A stretch of DNA of 64,000 nt, from positions 47,903,706 through 47,967,705 of the forward strand of contig NC_068986.1 in the NCBI RefSeq assembly GCF_001194135.2, in the 5' to 3' direction. Positions 62,529 to 64,000 of this stretch are shown here, in pieces. This stretch comes from Octopus bimaculoides. Its lineage: Eukaryota. Positions within the stretch are counted from its first letter, which is position 1. Each line of letters begins with the position of its first letter. Under the pieces are notes generated by a model. That model ran no database searches. It was not told where the DNA came from and saw only the letters and a program-made list of their open reading frames with translations. The position numbers and the translations under genes are program-made.

Positions 62529-62712
62529 GCAGGAGTGGTTGTGTGGTAAGTAGCTTGCTTACCAACCACATGGTTCCAGCTTCATTCCCACTGCATGGCA
62601 CCTTGGGCAATTGTCTTCTACTATAGCCTCGGGCCAACCAAAGCCTTGTGAGAGGATTTGGTAGACGGAAACTGAAAGAAGCCCATCGTATATATATATA
62701 TATATATATATA
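62529..62712 (+). mobile_element. SINE family A 5' half ending in (TA)n
   Basis: Family A head and body. Confidence 0.85.
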
Positions 62713-63961
62713 AAAGACTATTTATAAACAATACCGGAAAACATTCTAAACCAGAACCTAATAAATATGTCTGGGTAGCTCTTCCTCACAGTAAAAATGT
62801 AAAATCAAACTTGGTATCCCAGTTCCAAAACGCTATAAATAAGAACTTTCTTAAACNNNNNNNNNNNNNNNNNNNNNNNNNNNNNNNNNNNNNNNNNNNN
62901 NNNNNNNNNNNNNNNNNNNNNNNNNNNNNNNNNNNNNNNNNNNNNNNNNNNNNNNNNNNNNNNNNNNNNNNNNNNNNNNNNNNNNNNNNNNNNNNNNNNN
63001 NNNNNNNNNNNNNNNNNNNNNNNNNNNNNNNNNNNNNNNNNNNNNNNNNNNNNNNNNNNNNNNNNNNNNNNNNNNNNNNNNNNNNNNNNNNNNNNNNNNN
63101 NNNNNNNNNNNNNNNNNNNNNNNNNNNNNNNNNNNNNNNNNNNNNNNNNNNNNNNNNNNNNNNNNNNNNNNNNNNNNNNNNNNNNNNNNNNNNNNNNNNN
63201 NNNNNNNNNNNNNNNNNNNNNNNNNNNNNNNNNNNNNNNNNNNNNNNNNNNNNNNNNNNNNNNNNNNNNNNNNNNNNNNNNNNNNNNNNNNNNNNNNNNN
63301 NNNNNNNNNNNNNNNNNNNNNNNNNNNNNNNNNNNNNNNNNNNNNNNNNNNNNNNNNNNNNNNNNNNNNNNNNNNNNNNNNNNNNNNNNNNNNNNNNNNN
63401 CTTTATCCACTAGAATTTCTAACCATTTTTCATCCTTTAGAGAGAGAAGCAAACGTAATACCACAAGCCTTAGCAAACTAATTTGGGATCTTAAAGATAA
63501 TAACATTAAATTTAAACTAGACTGGCTTATTCTTTCTATTTCTAAGCCATATGAAAAGGGTGGAAAATTCTGTGATCTATGTGTAACAGAATTTCAAAGA
63601 ATTGTCTGGTTAATAATTTCATAGAACATTCTTACAAATGCAAACATTGGCAAAAACATACATATTCTGCATTCAAATAAAAATAAAGGTTTTTATAAAA
63701 CGCTATCATATTTACCCGTAATAAGTAAATACTTAAAATAGTTCTAATAAAACATATTAGTTTTTCCCTCAAAGGTTAGTAGATTAAAATTACTTACGAT
63801 TTTGATTATTTATCTATACCTTCGTAATTTATTAACCTTAATTAGAGTATATTTTAAATCTTGATAAATCATTGTAACAACCATAACATACTAAATTTAT
63901 GTACGTATGAACATACCGGTATGGGTGTTTTTAGATATACGCGTGTATCTGTGAGAGATAA

Positions 63962-64000
<39 letters not shown>

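Overview
Repeat-dominated animal genomic DNA: AT-rich, with many N gaps and dense (TA)n/(CA)n/(GA)n/(ATT)n microsatellites. The SINE families look like those I recognise from Octopus genomes; this is from memory, not a database match. Host genes: the last two coding exons of a CHAC1-like glutathione-specific gamma-glutamylcyclotransferase (+ strand, 1509-1544 and 3169-3633), and several phase-compatible candidate exons of an unidentified minus-strand gene (about 43.4-62.3 kb). The rest is mostly decayed mobile DNA: several SINE families, RTE, CR1/Jockey-like, R4/Dong-like and Tx1-like LINE fragments, a Gypsy pol remnant, Penelope-like (PLE) remnants, mariner/Tc1 and hAT remnants, and many fold-back MITE-like elements. 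The best leads are (1) a complete type I hammerhead-ribozyme fold at 33605-33696 (minus) with an inverted half-copy, plus a second variant hammerhead inside a SINE; (2) an RTE-type AP endonuclease followed directly by a Penelope-type RT; (3) two diverged zinc-knuckle ORF1-only retroelements, one flanked by a 15-bp direct repeat; and (4) a nested fold-back filling the intron next to a 26-nt candidate micro-exon. Boundaries of decayed elements are approximate. Nothing here was checked by alignment or folding software.
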